A stretch of DNA of 64,000 bases from Rhodospirillales bacterium (GTDB lineage Bacteria; Pseudomonadota; Alphaproteobacteria; Rhodospirillales; UBA2165), in the NCBI GenBank assembly GCA_965207535.1, contig CBDBMR010000014.1, forward strand, positions 322,463 through 386,462, in the 5' to 3' direction. Positions 38,435 to 47,977 of this stretch are shown here, piece by piece. A model generated the notes under the pieces. It had not been told where the DNA came from. It saw nothing but the letters and a program-made list of their open reading frames with translations, and searched no databases. The position numbers and the translations under genes are program-made. Position 1 is the stretch's first letter. Every line of letters begins with the position of its first letter.

Positions 38435-39106
38435 TCACACCAGCATTTCTATGGCTTGGTCGGCCGTTCTCACGTCGCCGAAGGATTGGTAGAACGAGGT
38501 CAATCCGGCCAGGTGATCGTCGTCGTACCGTGCCGCGTTTGCGTCCTCGACCATCACCACCTTGTAATCGAGCATCATCGCATCACGGGCCGTGGACTCG
38601 CTGCACATGTTGGTCGCCGTGCCCGTCACGATGAGGTTTTCGATACCCATGCCCTGCAAGATTTCGTGCAAATCCGAAGCGCCGACGATGAACGGCGAGA
38701 AGCGTTTCTTGGTGACGATACGGTCTTCGTCCTTGACCTCGAGATCGGGATAAATCTCGTAGCCCTCGTTGCCGGGACTGAGTTTGGTCAGGTGGTTCTG
38801 GCCCTTTGCCTCGGTGAAGAAATATTGGTGGTAGATCTGCCATTGGCTCGGCGCGCCTTCGTTTTCGGCGCACCGCATGATTACCCAGATAACCGGCGCC
38901 CCCTTCTCTCTGCATGCCCCGGCAATCCGATTGATGTTGGGCACGATCGAAATCGCCGTGTCCACCTCGGCCACGTAGAAATTCTGCATGTCGATGACGA
39001 GGAGGGCGGTCTTGCGCGCTTCAAACTCGTCGAATACTTCCAGCTTTCCCCGCTTAGCCATGATCCTTTCGATCACGTAGTCAGGAATCTTCACATCATG
39101 GGGCAT
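38435..39106 (-). CDS. Isochorismatase-family cysteine hydrolase (amidase)
   Basis: LLVIDMQN, VTKKRFS, TGTATNMCSESTARDA (D-K-C triad). Confidence 0.9.
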   Translation of the reverse strand: MPHDVKIPDYVIERIMAKRGKLEVFDEFEARKTALLVIDMQNFYVAEVDTAISIVPNINRIAGACREKGAPVIWVIMRCAENEGAPSQWQIYHQYFFTEAKGQNHLTKLSPGNEGYEIYPDLEVKDEDRIVTKKRFSPFIVGASDLHEILQGMGIENLIVTGTATNMCSESTARDAMMLDYKVVMVEDANAARYDDDHLAGLTSFYQSFGDVRTADQAIEMLV

Positions 39107-39136
39107 GCCCATTTCCTCCCATTTGGCCTTTATTGT

Positions 39137-39156
39137 TGCCCACTTTATCCCACTAG
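39137..39156. promoter_or_regulatory. Repeated 20-bp upstream motif, copy 1
   Basis: TGCCCACTTTATCCCACTAG, identical to 48982-49001. It extends into the palindrome CCCACTAGTGGG (39149-39160). Confidence 0.65.
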
Positions 39157-39202
39157 TGGGTCATTTCAAAATGGTTTTTAGCCGGTGCCGGACGGGAGAA
39201 TT

Positions 39203-39397
39203 TTATTCGTGCCGGTCTAGGAACACCGGGTTGCCGCCGACGCCGTACGCGCCGTCCCGGACCTCGTTTATGGTCACCCTAACCTGCCCGGGTTTCGCAT
39301 CCAGCGTTTCGATCACCGCCTCGGTCATTCGCTTTATCAGGCGGTTTTTCGTCTCCTGGTCGCGGCCCTCGATGATCGTGATGCTTACAATTGCCAT
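39203..39397 (-). CDS. 4-oxalocrotonate tautomerase-like protein with Ala in place of Pro-1
   Basis: MAIVSITIIEGRDQETKNRLIKRMTEAVIETL...VRVTINEV...YGVGG, AAGGA RBS before ATG 39397. Confidence 0.85.
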   Translation of the reverse strand: MAIVSITIIEGRDQETKNRLIKRMTEAVIETLDAKPGQVRVTINEVRDGAYGVGGNPVFLDRHE

Positions 39398-39424
39398 GTT
39401 CGTCCTTCGCAATTAGGTGGTTGC

Positions 39425-40174
39425 TCAGCGGGTGATTCCGCCTCCATCGACGATCAGGCACTGACCGCTGACAAAGTCCGCGTGATCGCTGAGAAAAAAT
39501 GCGGCCGGTCCAATAAGGTCGTCAGGTTGCTGATCGCGCCCCAAGGATCGCCCAGCGGCGATGGTTGCCTTCCGGTCCCCGATGCCCTCGCGGGCCAAGA
39601 CGCCCTCGCTCATGGTCAGGCCGGGGGCGATGGTGTTGACGCGAATGTTCTTTGGCCCAAGTTCGCGGATCAACGAGCGAGTCATCGCCAACACCCCGCC
39701 CTTGGATGCGTCATAGTGGAGCAGACCGGGATATCCGTGGAAGATGCGGTTGGTGGATACCATGACGATTGATCCGCCGCCCGCCCGCTCCATGGCCGGC
39801 ACGGCCGCCCGGGCGCACAACCAGGGCCCCTTGACATTGACCCGCATAACCTCGTCCCAGAGTTCGGGATCGATCTCGTCGTACGCCTCGATCGGCAGGG
39901 CCGAGAAAAGGGCCGCGTTGCAAACCAGCCCATCGACTCCCCCGAAAGCTTCCTCTGTTTCAGCGACCATCCGATTGCAGTCATCGAGACTGGTAACGTC
40001 TGCCTGGATTCCAATCGCCTTGCAGCCATCGGACGCGATCCGCCGAACGGCGTCGGAAGGATCGGCGAGGTCACAGACCGCAACGCTGGCGCCCATCCGG
40101 GCGAAGCCCGAAGCCATCGCGGCGCCGATTCCCTGTGCCGCCCCGGTTATGATTATCCGTTTAGAGTCCAACAT
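39425..40174 (-). CDS. Short-chain dehydrogenase/reductase
   Basis: TGAAQGIG, CNAA, YDASK (YxxxK), NTIAPG. Confidence 0.93.
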   Translation of the reverse strand: MLDSKRIIITGAAQGIGAAMASGFARMGASVAVCDLADPSDAVRRIASDGCKAIGIQADVTSLDDCNRMVAETEEAFGGVDGLVCNAALFSALPIEAYDEIDPELWDEVMRVNVKGPWLCARAAVPAMERAGGGSIVMVSTNRIFHGYPGLLHYDASKGGVLAMTRSLIRELGPKNIRVNTIAPGLTMSEGVLAREGIGDRKATIAAGRSLGRDQQPDDLIGPAAFFLSDHADFVSGQCLIVDGGGITR

Positions 40175-40216
40175 CAGATGCTCTCACCCCTCCCCTCGGA
40201 TCGGCTCCGCGGCAGC

Positions 40217-42289
40217 TTACAGATCCACGACCAGATCGGCCGCCACGAGACGATCCGCCGTCACGAACAGCGGATTGATTTCCAAGGACGGCAGCCGGTC
40301 GGCGGCCTCCGACATCCGCACCAACAATTTCGCCAGGGCATTACGGTTCACCGGTCCGGCGCCACGCCAGCCATCCAGCATGCGCTCCGCCCTTATTTCC
40401 CCGATCATGGCGTGAGCTTCGCCTTCGCCGAATGGCGCCTTGCGATAACTCAGGTCATCAAGCAATTCACACAAAGTTCCACCTGAGCCGAGCATGACAA
40501 GCGGCCCGAAATGCGGATCGCTTCGGGCAGCCAGCAGGACTTCGACGCCGTTGATGTGAGGACACCATGTGACATGGATGTCCGGCCAGTTCCCCGCGTG
40601 TTCTTCCGCCAGTCTCGCCAAATCGCCGTAGGCGGCTTCCACAGCCGCCGGCACCGAGAGGTTGATCCGCACGCCGTCCAATTCGGTCCGGTGTTTCAAC
40701 CCCGCCGCCGTCAGCTTGAGCACTATGGTCTTGTGATCCCCGAGCGCGGATACCGCCTCCTCCGCCGATTTGACCGGCGCGTCGGTCAGTACCTCGATGC
40801 CGGTCTCTCGAAGGATATCGACCACCGCATCCAGACTTTTCGCCTGCACACCCGGAGGAAGAGGCGCCGTGGACGGTTTCTCGAATGACTTCCCGGTTCG
40901 CACCAGCTTGGCGACCGCCTCCGTCATGACGGTCGGATCGTCGAATACGGCGATACCGCTTCTCACCAGATCAGCGCGATCCTCGCTCTCGAGATTTGCC
41001 GCGATGGCGATCAGTTTGTCCGGGTGACCGGCTTGAAACGTCAGCATTTGCGACATGATCCCGTCGCGGGTTCGGGGGACCAGGGGCACATGGCTGATAT
41101 AACCGAGCATCGTTTGTGGATCGCGCTCAAGCCCCCACTTCAGATGACCGCCGGTAATTTCCATGTCGCTCATGGATGGCGCGGAGATGTCGATGGGATT
41201 GCGGTCATTGACGAACGAGTTCGTCTGTTTGAGATCGGCCAGCGCACCCTTGGGATATTCGGGGAGCTCCAGGCCGTTCTTTGCCGCGGCATCCGATATC
41301 ATCACGGCGCCCCCGCCCGAAACCGAGACAGCGGCTATTTCGGGAGAGGCCGGAATAGCCCCGGCGTTGCAAGCGGCGACCAGATCGATCATTTCATTGA
41401 TTGATCCGGCCCGCAAAACGCCAAACTGGCAAAACAAGTCCTCGACAACCCGGTCTTCGACGTAAACCGACGCGGTGTGCCCGGTTGCGGCCTCGCCGCC
41501 CTGGGGAGTGGTCCCAACCTTGAGAACCACCACGGGCTTTCTTGATTGCCGCGCCAGTTCCAGCGCCTGAACCAGCTTCAAACCACGGCTGGCGTCTTCC
41601 ATGTAAACGGCAATCGTCTTCGTCGCGGGATCACCGGCATAGAACGCGATCGCGTCGCAGATATCGATATCGGCCTGGTTTCCGGTGGATATCCAATTGG
41701 CCAGTCCCAACCCGCGGTCGCGCAGTTGCGCAAAAATCTGAATGCCGACCGCGCCGGACTGACTTGCAACGGAGATATCCCCCACCACCGGCCAGCCGTT
41801 GCCCCCGTGATGTTCAGGGGCGCTGGTAAAACTGGCGACAAATCCGGATGCCAATGACATCACACCCATGCAGTTGGGCCCGATCATCCGCATGTCATGG
41901 TCCTGGGCGATCTTCAGCAGCTCGTCCTGCCGGAGCCGTCCCTCGGCGCCGGCCTCCGCAAACTGCGCGCCATAGACGATGGCAATGCTTGCCCCCTTCT
42001 CCCCGGCGGCTATCAAATTTTCGCGCACGAGCGCCGCGGGCACCGCGATCACGGCAATGTCCGGGGCCTCGGGAAGATCGGAAATGCTCCGATAGGCCTC
42101 GATGCCCTGGACGATTTCGTTTTTTGCATTCACCGGGTAGAGTCGGCCCGCATATCGTCGTTCGAGACAGAATTTCAATGCGCGTCCGCCGAATTTCATC
42201 GGATTCGTCGACGCACCGATGATCGCCGCCGATTGCGGACGAAAGCACATCTCCAGCTTTCCGAATTCCGACTTGTCGAGTTGCTGCAT
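40217..42289 (-). CDS. Acetate-CoA ligase (ADP-forming) family acyl-CoA synthetase
   Basis: IIGAS, MIGPNCMG, SQSGA, ISTGNQAD, TGHTAS (phospho-His), C-terminal ATP-grasp with EINP. Confidence 0.9.
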   Translation of the reverse strand: MQQLDKSEFGKLEMCFRPQSAAIIGASTNPMKFGGRALKFCLERRYAGRLYPVNAKNEIVQGIEAYRSISDLPEAPDIAVIAVPAALVRENLIAAGEKGASIAIVYGAQFAEAGAEGRLRQDELLKIAQDHDMRMIGPNCMGVMSLASGFVASFTSAPEHHGGNGWPVVGDISVASQSGAVGIQIFAQLRDRGLGLANWISTGNQADIDICDAIAFYAGDPATKTIAVYMEDASRGLKLVQALELARQSRKPVVVLKVGTTPQGGEAATGHTASVYVEDRVVEDLFCQFGVLRAGSINEMIDLVAACNAGAIPASPEIAAVSVSGGGAVMISDAAAKNGLELPEYPKGALADLKQTNSFVNDRNPIDISAPSMSDMEITGGHLKWGLERDPQTMLGYISHVPLVPRTRDGIMSQMLTFQAGHPDKLIAIAANLESEDRADLVRSGIAVFDDPTVMTEAVAKLVRTGKSFEKPSTAPLPPGVQAKSLDAVVDILRETGIEVLTDAPVKSAEEAVSALGDHKTIVLKLTAAGLKHRTELDGVRINLSVPAAVEAAYGDLARLAEEHAGNWPDIHVTWCPHINGVEVLLAARSDPHFGPLVMLGSGGTLCELLDDLSYRKAPFGEGEAHAMIGEIRAERMLDGWRGAGPVNRNALAKLLVRMSEAADRLPSLEINPLFVTADRLVAADLVVDL

Positions 42290-43711
42290 TCAGCCCTGCC
42301 GCTTCCGGGTGACGGTAAATGTCTCGTTCACGAACCACATCCCGCCATGCTTGACGAGCACCTCGCGCACCACGTCCAGATAGCGCGAGTCCCGGGCCAT
42401 GACCTGTTGCGCCAGCTCCTCCTTCACCTCGACGAAATAGAGCGCGTTGTTCCAGGCGGAAGAGAGGGAGAGCAGTCCTATTTCGTGCTCGCCCAGTGAC
42501 GGCAGGGTGTGCATATCGAACCGGAACAGGGAACGGGCGTCGGTCAGGCCGCTGAACTTGAAGCCGCTTTGCTTGGCACCCAGGGCTTTTCGGAAATCGC
42601 GCAGAATATCGTAGCGGTTTACGAACGGAATCCGCTGTTTCGGCCAGACGCCCCGCACGATTTCATGGGCCGGATCGTTTCCATGCGACTGAATGACGGT
42701 CATCTGCCCGCCCGGCGCCAACCGTTCGACCACGGGTCTCAGAACGTAGTCGATCCTGAACTTCATGGTGTGGCTGTGGAGGTAGGGGTGATTGAGCAGG
42801 CAGTAATCGTACTGCCGAATACCCTCTCCGTGGCTGGGAATGATATCCTTGAGGTTGGACTTCTGGTCCTGTCGGTAAATCGTCACCACGCTCGGCACGG
42901 CGTAGACCGGCTGCGCGTGTTCGCCCTGGTAAACGACCCATTCCTTCGAGAGATCTTCGTAAAGCGCCGCCACCTGCTTCTGGAAGTCGTAGCTGCGGTC
43001 GCCGTCGAGCGCCACGTCCCGCCAGATCAGGTCCTCGGGGCAATCGTCGGACTTCTTCTCCATATCCAGCGCTTCCCAAAGGTACATATTGGTCATGACG
43101 AAAACGCTTAGCGGATGTTCCGCCAGCCGATCCACCAACCGCCCCATCGTATTGCGAAGATCCTCCAGTCCGCGCCCCTTCAAAACGACAAGCACCGGCG
43201 TATCGGGCAAAGTGGCATTCAAGGCGCGCAGGGTTCGGGTCAACGTGATCCCATTGTCCATGGGCGTGTAGAACAAACGGATGCCCGGCGAGCCCGGCTG
43301 CAAATTCTTGAGTTCCTCGGCAACGCGGTCCGCCAGAACCCAAGACTCGTTCGTCGTGCCGGCAAACACATGGAAACGTTGGCGCTGCTCATGAAAGGCG
43401 AAACTGCCGGGCGTGCGGATCGAGGTTTCCTGGCTGATGAGCTCGGCCATGGTCTCCGCATTGGACTGGGCCTTCTTTCGGCGCGGACGGCCGCGGAGTT
43501 CGATCTCGCCCCGGTCGGCCCGCTCGATGAATTCCGCGATTCGCTCGGCGGTCCGGGACTCGATGCGGCTGCCGTTCGAAATACGGCCGACAAGCTTGCC
43601 GTCATTGACCGCAAGACGTCCGAACGTCGATTCCGCGATCTTGTGCTTCCTGCAAAATGCTCGAATCGCAGCGGCCAGCTTTTCCGGTTTGTCGAGAAGA
43701 TGAAGAACCAT
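42290..43711 (-). CDS. Hypothetical protein: N-terminal Cro-like HTH fused to a degenerate methyltransferase-like fold (putative regulator)
   Basis: N-terminal AFCRKHKIAESTFGRLAVNDGKLVGRISNG looks HTH-like. The ~370-aa C-terminal alpha/beta domain has no intact glycine-rich SAM motif (reads LFYTPMDNG). Confidence 0.55.
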   Translation of the reverse strand: MVLHLLDKPEKLAAAIRAFCRKHKIAESTFGRLAVNDGKLVGRISNGSRIESRTAERIAEFIERADRGEIELRGRPRRKKAQSNAETMAELISQETSIRTPGSFAFHEQRQRFHVFAGTTNESWVLADRVAEELKNLQPGSPGIRLFYTPMDNGITLTRTLRALNATLPDTPVLVVLKGRGLEDLRNTMGRLVDRLAEHPLSVFVMTNMYLWEALDMEKKSDDCPEDLIWRDVALDGDRSYDFQKQVAALYEDLSKEWVVYQGEHAQPVYAVPSVVTIYRQDQKSNLKDIIPSHGEGIRQYDYCLLNHPYLHSHTMKFRIDYVLRPVVERLAPGGQMTVIQSHGNDPAHEIVRGVWPKQRIPFVNRYDILRDFRKALGAKQSGFKFSGLTDARSLFRFDMHTLPSLGEHEIGLLSLSSAWNNALYFVEVKEELAQQVMARDSRYLDVVREVLVKHGGMWFVNETFTVTRKRQG

Positions 43712-43768
43712 GTGGCTTTCGCGTGATGTCCGACGGTAATGGCGTACGGAGGCAGATGACCCGGATCG

Positions 43769-44245
43769 TCAATCGCCGATCAGGAATGTGCCCTCGATCT
43801 CGACCGGCTGGCGATCCACCAGCCCATCCACGCCGACCGAAGAGCGGGCATGGCAACCTATTTCCGGGCCGAACGCCTCATAGAACAAATCGCTGGCCCC
43901 GTTCAACACTATATTCTGCCGCTCGAAATCCGGATGAGCGTTGATCATTCCGAGAATTTTTACCACCCGCTTCACCCGATCCAAATCGCCCACATGATGC
44001 CTGACCGTGGCGATCATCTTTATCGCCAAGGCGCGTGCAACTTCATACCCCTCATCCTCGGTGATCTCCAAACCGACCTTTCCGCGCCGCTTCACGTTTC
44101 CTTCCTCCAGGAGCGCGGCACCGTGGCCGGATACGTAGAGCATCTTGTCCACAAGCACGGCGCTGGTTCGGTTGGGACTGGGCAGAACGAGCGGCTCCGG
44201 CAAGGTTATTCCCATATCCTGCAGGCGAGCCTCGATTTTCGACAT
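43769..44245 (-). CDS. RidA/YjgF family protein
   Basis: LYVSGHG, RVVKILGMIN, VLNGASDL, HARSSVG, PVEIE. Confidence 0.9.
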   Translation of the reverse strand: MSKIEARLQDMGITLPEPLVLPSPNRTSAVLVDKMLYVSGHGAALLEEGNVKRRGKVGLEITEDEGYEVARALAIKMIATVRHHVGDLDRVKRVVKILGMINAHPDFERQNIVLNGASDLFYEAFGPEIGCHARSSVGVDGLVDRQPVEIEGTFLIGD

Positions 44246-44327
44246 GATGCTGCCCTTGACGCAGTGGATGAAGGTCAAACGAAATCATTTCGTTTGGCAG
44301 GAACCGTGGAAATTTCACTTGCAGTAT

Positions 44328-44348
44328 TGCCCATTATCTGCCCATTAG
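44328..44348. promoter_or_regulatory. Variant of the CCCAYT direct-repeat motif
   Basis: TGCCCATTATCTGCCCATTAG between the divergent ridA and ligM-like genes. Confidence 0.5.
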
Positions 44349-44404
44349 TAAACAGAAAAGGCTCACGCCTACATGTTCACCGCCTCTGGAACGGGAGAAG
44401 GTCA

Positions 44405-45769
44405 ATGGCAATTGAGACACTCGAAGACAAGATCAACTCGATAGGCAATCCGGTGGATATGCTCCGCAACGCCGCCGCCGGGCCGTACCAGTTTCCCATC
44501 ACCTCCGAGTTCAGCAATTGGCGCGACGAGCAGGAGGCCTGGCGCAACGGCGCGGTCCTGTTCGACCAGTCGTTCCACATGACCGATCTATATGTCGAGG
44601 GTCCGGATACCAGGAAGTTGTGCGAATACCTGGCGGTCAATTCAATGGCCAACTGGCAGCGCGATCTCGCCAAGCAATTCGTTCACTGCACGCCGGATGG
44701 TTATGTGGTTGGCGACGCGATCATATTTATCCTCGAGGAAGACAAGGCCAATATCGTCAACAAACCCAGCAATGCCAACTGGGTGACGTATCACGCCGAG
44801 AAAGAGGGGTTTGACGTCTCCTTCGATCTCGACATGCGCGCACTGGACAACAGGGGACGGCGCAAGGGATACCGGTTTGAAGTCCAGGGTCCCGAAGCCT
44901 GGTCGCTCCTGGAAAAACTGAACGGCGGGCCGATCGAGCAGTTCAAATTCTTCCGGATGGGCGAAATCAACGTGGCCGGCCGGCAGGTACGGGCACTGCG
45001 GCACGGCATGGCCGGCGCAGTCGGCTTGGAACTCTTTGGCCCGTTCGACGACTACGACCTCATCCGCGACGCCATCCTCGAGGCGGGTCAGGAGTTCGGC
45101 ATCAGGGCCGCCGGCTCCAAGACCTATTCGACCGTCGCGCATGAATCCGGATGGTTCCCTTCGCCGCTTCCCGCGATCTATTCCAGCGGCGATCTTGCCG
45201 ATTACCGGCGGTGGCTGCCCGCGACAAGCTTCGAGGCCAACCTGTCATTGGGCGGCTCGTTGGTCAGCGACAACGTGGAGGACTATTACCTCACGCCCTA
45301 CGACCTGGGCTACGGCCATATCGTCAAGTTCGATCATGACTTCATCGGGCGCGATGCGCTGGAGGCGAAAAAGGATCAGCCGCACAGGCACAAGGTGACG
45401 CTTCGGTGGAACAAGGACGATGTGCTGAAGGTGTTTGCTTCCATGTTCAATGAAGGCGACCGGTACAAGTTCCTCGACATACCCGCATCTCACTACGCGA
45501 CCTGCCCCTATGACCTTGTGACCAGGGACGGCAAGCCGGTCGGATTGTCCCACTATCCGGTCTACACATCCAATGTCGCCGGCTGGATTTCCCTGGCCCT
45601 GCTGGATGAGGAAGCGGCCGCCCCCGGCACGGAGGTCTCGTTGACGTGGGGCGAACCGGACGGCGGGACCATGAAACCGGCCGTCGAACGTCACGTTCAG
45701 ACCGAAATTGCCTGCACGGTGGAGCCCTGTCCGATTTCAGTCACGGCGCGGGAAACGTACAGAAAGTAG
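44405..45769 (+). CDS. ligM: THF-dependent aminomethyltransferase-family demethylase (LigM/DesA-like)
   Basis: NPVDMLRN...SEFSNWRDEQEAWRNGAVLFDQSFHM, YRFEVQGP, RHGMAG..GLELFGP, TPYDLGYG. Start ATG 44405. Confidence 0.82.
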   Translation: MAIETLEDKINSIGNPVDMLRNAAAGPYQFPITSEFSNWRDEQEAWRNGAVLFDQSFHMTDLYVEGPDTRKLCEYLAVNSMANWQRDLAKQFVHCTPDGYVVGDAIIFILEEDKANIVNKPSNANWVTYHAEKEGFDVSFDLDMRALDNRGRRKGYRFEVQGPEAWSLLEKLNGGPIEQFKFFRMGEINVAGRQVRALRHGMAGAVGLELFGPFDDYDLIRDAILEAGQEFGIRAAGSKTYSTVAHESGWFPSPLPAIYSSGDLADYRRWLPATSFEANLSLGGSLVSDNVEDYYLTPYDLGYGHIVKFDHDFIGRDALEAKKDQPHRHKVTLRWNKDDVLKVFASMFNEGDRYKFLDIPASHYATCPYDLVTRDGKPVGLSHYPVYTSNVAGWISLALLDEEAAAPGTEVSLTWGEPDGGTMKPAVERHVQTEIACTVEPCPISVTARETYRK

Positions 45770-45779
45770 GGACCGCACC

Positions 45780-47381
45780 TTAACGGTTTTCATCCTCGAG
45801 AATCATATCGCTGGCTTTCTCGGCGATCATCAGCACGGCTGCATTGGTGTTTCCCGATACGATCGACGGCATAACCGACGCATCCACCACTCGCAGCCCG
45901 GCAACACCTCTCAGCCGGCAACGGGGGTCCAAGGGCGCGTCGTCCGCGTCCCCCATGGCTACAGTCCCGACCGGATGAAATATCGTCGTCACCCGTTCCT
46001 TGATCGCCTCCAGCAACTCATCGTCGCCGGCATTTGCCAATTCCGGCTCGGGCCAGACCTCCTCTTCGATCACATCCGACACCGGCGCCAGCCGGCAGAT
46101 CTCCCGCGACCGTTTAAGGCCGTCGACAATCGCTTTCCGATCTCGGTCCGCGGAAAGATAGTTGGCGGTGATGGCAGGCGCCGTCATGGGGTCCGGGCTT
46201 CTTAAACGCACCGTCCCCCGGCTTTCCGGACGTATGGGGCAGATGGAAACCGAGAATCCTGGCCATGGGTGAAAACCCTCGGCCGGATTGTCGCTGCTCC
46301 AAGGCAAGACATGGAACTGAACATCCGGGCGCGCGAGTTCGCCGGAGCTGCGAAGGAAACAAAATACCGGGCCCGCTCCCATGGTCAGCGGACCGCGACG
46401 CCGCAATAGGTATTCGAACCCCATCCCCGCTTTGCCGAAATTGCTGTTCAGACGGCCGTTCAAGGTCGGGATCGATACCCGATAGACATTGTGGAACTTC
46501 AAGTGATCCTGCAGGCCCCGGCCGATACCGGGTGCGTCCAGTACCGTCCGGATTTCGTGAGCCTCCAGATGGTCGGCTTCGCCGATGCCGGAAAGCATCA
46601 ACAAGTGTGGCGAGCCGATGGTACCCGCCGACAAAAGAATTTCCCTGTTGGCGGAAATAATCTCGCCGGCGCCATCCGGACGGCGCAACTCCACGCCCCT
46701 TGCGCGGTTGCCCGCCGTGACGATGCGGGTGACCATCGCGTCCGTCATGACCCTCAAGTTCGGGCGGCCCCGGACCGGATCGAGATAGCCGTGGGCCGCC
46801 GAGACGCGCCGTCCCTTCCAGGTGGTCGTCTGGTAGTAGCCCGTGCCTTCCTGATCGGCACCGTTGCAATCCGGGTTCGCCGGCAGTCCATAGTTCACAG
46901 CGGCTTCACGGAAAAGGTCCGTAATCCGGAATTGGGCCCGGCCGAGCGAAACGCCGATCCGGCCGTCGCCGCCCCGCCATTGGTCATCCCCCTGCTCGTT
47001 CCGTTCGGAACGCTTGAAGTACGGCAGGACGTTCCCGTAATGCCATCCCTCGGCGGCCTGCCCCCAATAATCGAAGTCAGCCTTATGTCCGCGGACGTGG
47101 ATCAATCCGTTGATCGCGCTCGAACCGCCGAGCCCCCGGCCGCGCGGCCAATCCAGCACACGGCCGTTTAGGTGCGGCTCCGGTTCGGTCGTCAGGCACC
47201 AATCGTAGACCGGATCGCCGATGGTTTTGAAATAGCCGATCGGCATCTTGACCCAGGGGCTGCGATTGCGCCCGCCGGCTTCAATCAGCAGCACCCGGCG
47301 ACGGGGATCGCCGCTCAGCCGGTTGGCAAGGACGCAGCCCGCGGTGCCGGCACCGACGACAATGTAATCCCAGTCATCCAT
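45780..47381 (-). CDS. GMC family oxidoreductase (choline dehydrogenase-like)
   Basis: DYIVVGAGTAG, PRGRGLGGSSAING, LQDH, FHPVGT, GNTNA. Confidence 0.92.
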   Translation of the reverse strand: MDDWDYIVVGAGTAGCVLANRLSGDPRRRVLLIEAGGRNRSPWVKMPIGYFKTIGDPVYDWCLTTEPEPHLNGRVLDWPRGRGLGGSSAINGLIHVRGHKADFDYWGQAAEGWHYGNVLPYFKRSERNEQGDDQWRGGDGRIGVSLGRAQFRITDLFREAAVNYGLPANPDCNGADQEGTGYYQTTTWKGRRVSAAHGYLDPVRGRPNLRVMTDAMVTRIVTAGNRARGVELRRPDGAGEIISANREILLSAGTIGSPHLLMLSGIGEADHLEAHEIRTVLDAPGIGRGLQDHLKFHNVYRVSIPTLNGRLNSNFGKAGMGFEYLLRRRGPLTMGAGPVFCFLRSSGELARPDVQFHVLPWSSDNPAEGFHPWPGFSVSICPIRPESRGTVRLRSPDPMTAPAITANYLSADRDRKAIVDGLKRSREICRLAPVSDVIEEEVWPEPELANAGDDELLEAIKERVTTIFHPVGTVAMGDADDAPLDPRCRLRGVAGLRVVDASVMPSIVSGNTNAAVLMIAEKASDMILEDENR

Positions 47382-47395
47382 CAACCACGCAGACG

Positions 47396-47965
47396 TCAGA
47401 TAAAGTGAGGAATTTCCCTTTTGGTCGGCCCAACCGAATAACGCGGGTTCGGTCTTCGGCCGTCCCATCGATCCGCCGTGACGTCCTCCAGAACGACCTG
47501 ATGGTCAAGCGAACGGCCGAGCCTGCCATCCGATAGCGTCGCCCTGTCTCCCGGCACCGAGTTCTCACAGATCACCAGGAAGCCGCGCGGAAGCACCTCA
47601 CCCGAACCGCCGTTCTCCGAGACCAACTCGGATGGCCGGCCAAGCTCGGCGAGTGAATTTCCATTGAGCGCGACGGCATCGAGGTGGCCGCTCAGATTCT
47701 TCAGGCGCCACGCCTTTCGCGCCAGAACGATGCTCCCGGTACTCAACTGCACCACCGGTGAGATGAGTGCGCCGCCGCCCAAAGCGGTGAGCGCATACGT
47801 TGAACTTGCCTGCCCGCCCGGCTCCGCCTGGTGATAGAGCTCGGTTGTCAGAACCGTCAGGGGCATCGGCGTGCCGCCGATAAATATCCGGTCAATCACG
47901 ATGTCCGGCGTGGTGATGTTCCCTTCCGGTCCCTCTACGTGCGGCTTGAATAGAAACAGCGACAT
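47396..47965 (-). CDS. Hypothetical protein
   Basis: 189-aa ORF with GGAG RBS, tightly co-oriented between the beta-propeller and GMC genes. Confidence 0.7.
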   Translation of the reverse strand: MSLFLFKPHVEGPEGNITTPDIVIDRIFIGGTPMPLTVLTTELYHQAEPGGQASSTYALTALGGGALISPVVQLSTGSIVLARKAWRLKNLSGHLDAVALNGNSLAELGRPSELVSENGGSGEVLPRGFLVICENSVPGDRATLSDGRLGRSLDHQVVLEDVTADRWDGRRPNPRYSVGPTKREIPHFI

Positions 47966-47977
47966 TGAAACGTCTCC

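Noticed and set aside
44306-44319. GTGGAAATTTCACT (also GAAATTTCACT at ~55990 and TGGAAAATTCAA at ~57099) as extra GTGAAWATTCAC boxes
   Set aside because: Each needs an indel or three mismatches, which is too weak to count without a position weight matrix.
43850-44404. 185-aa N-terminal extension on the LigM-like ORF in the track
   Set aside because: It overlaps ridA antisense and the divergent promoter; family similarity begins at ATG 44405.
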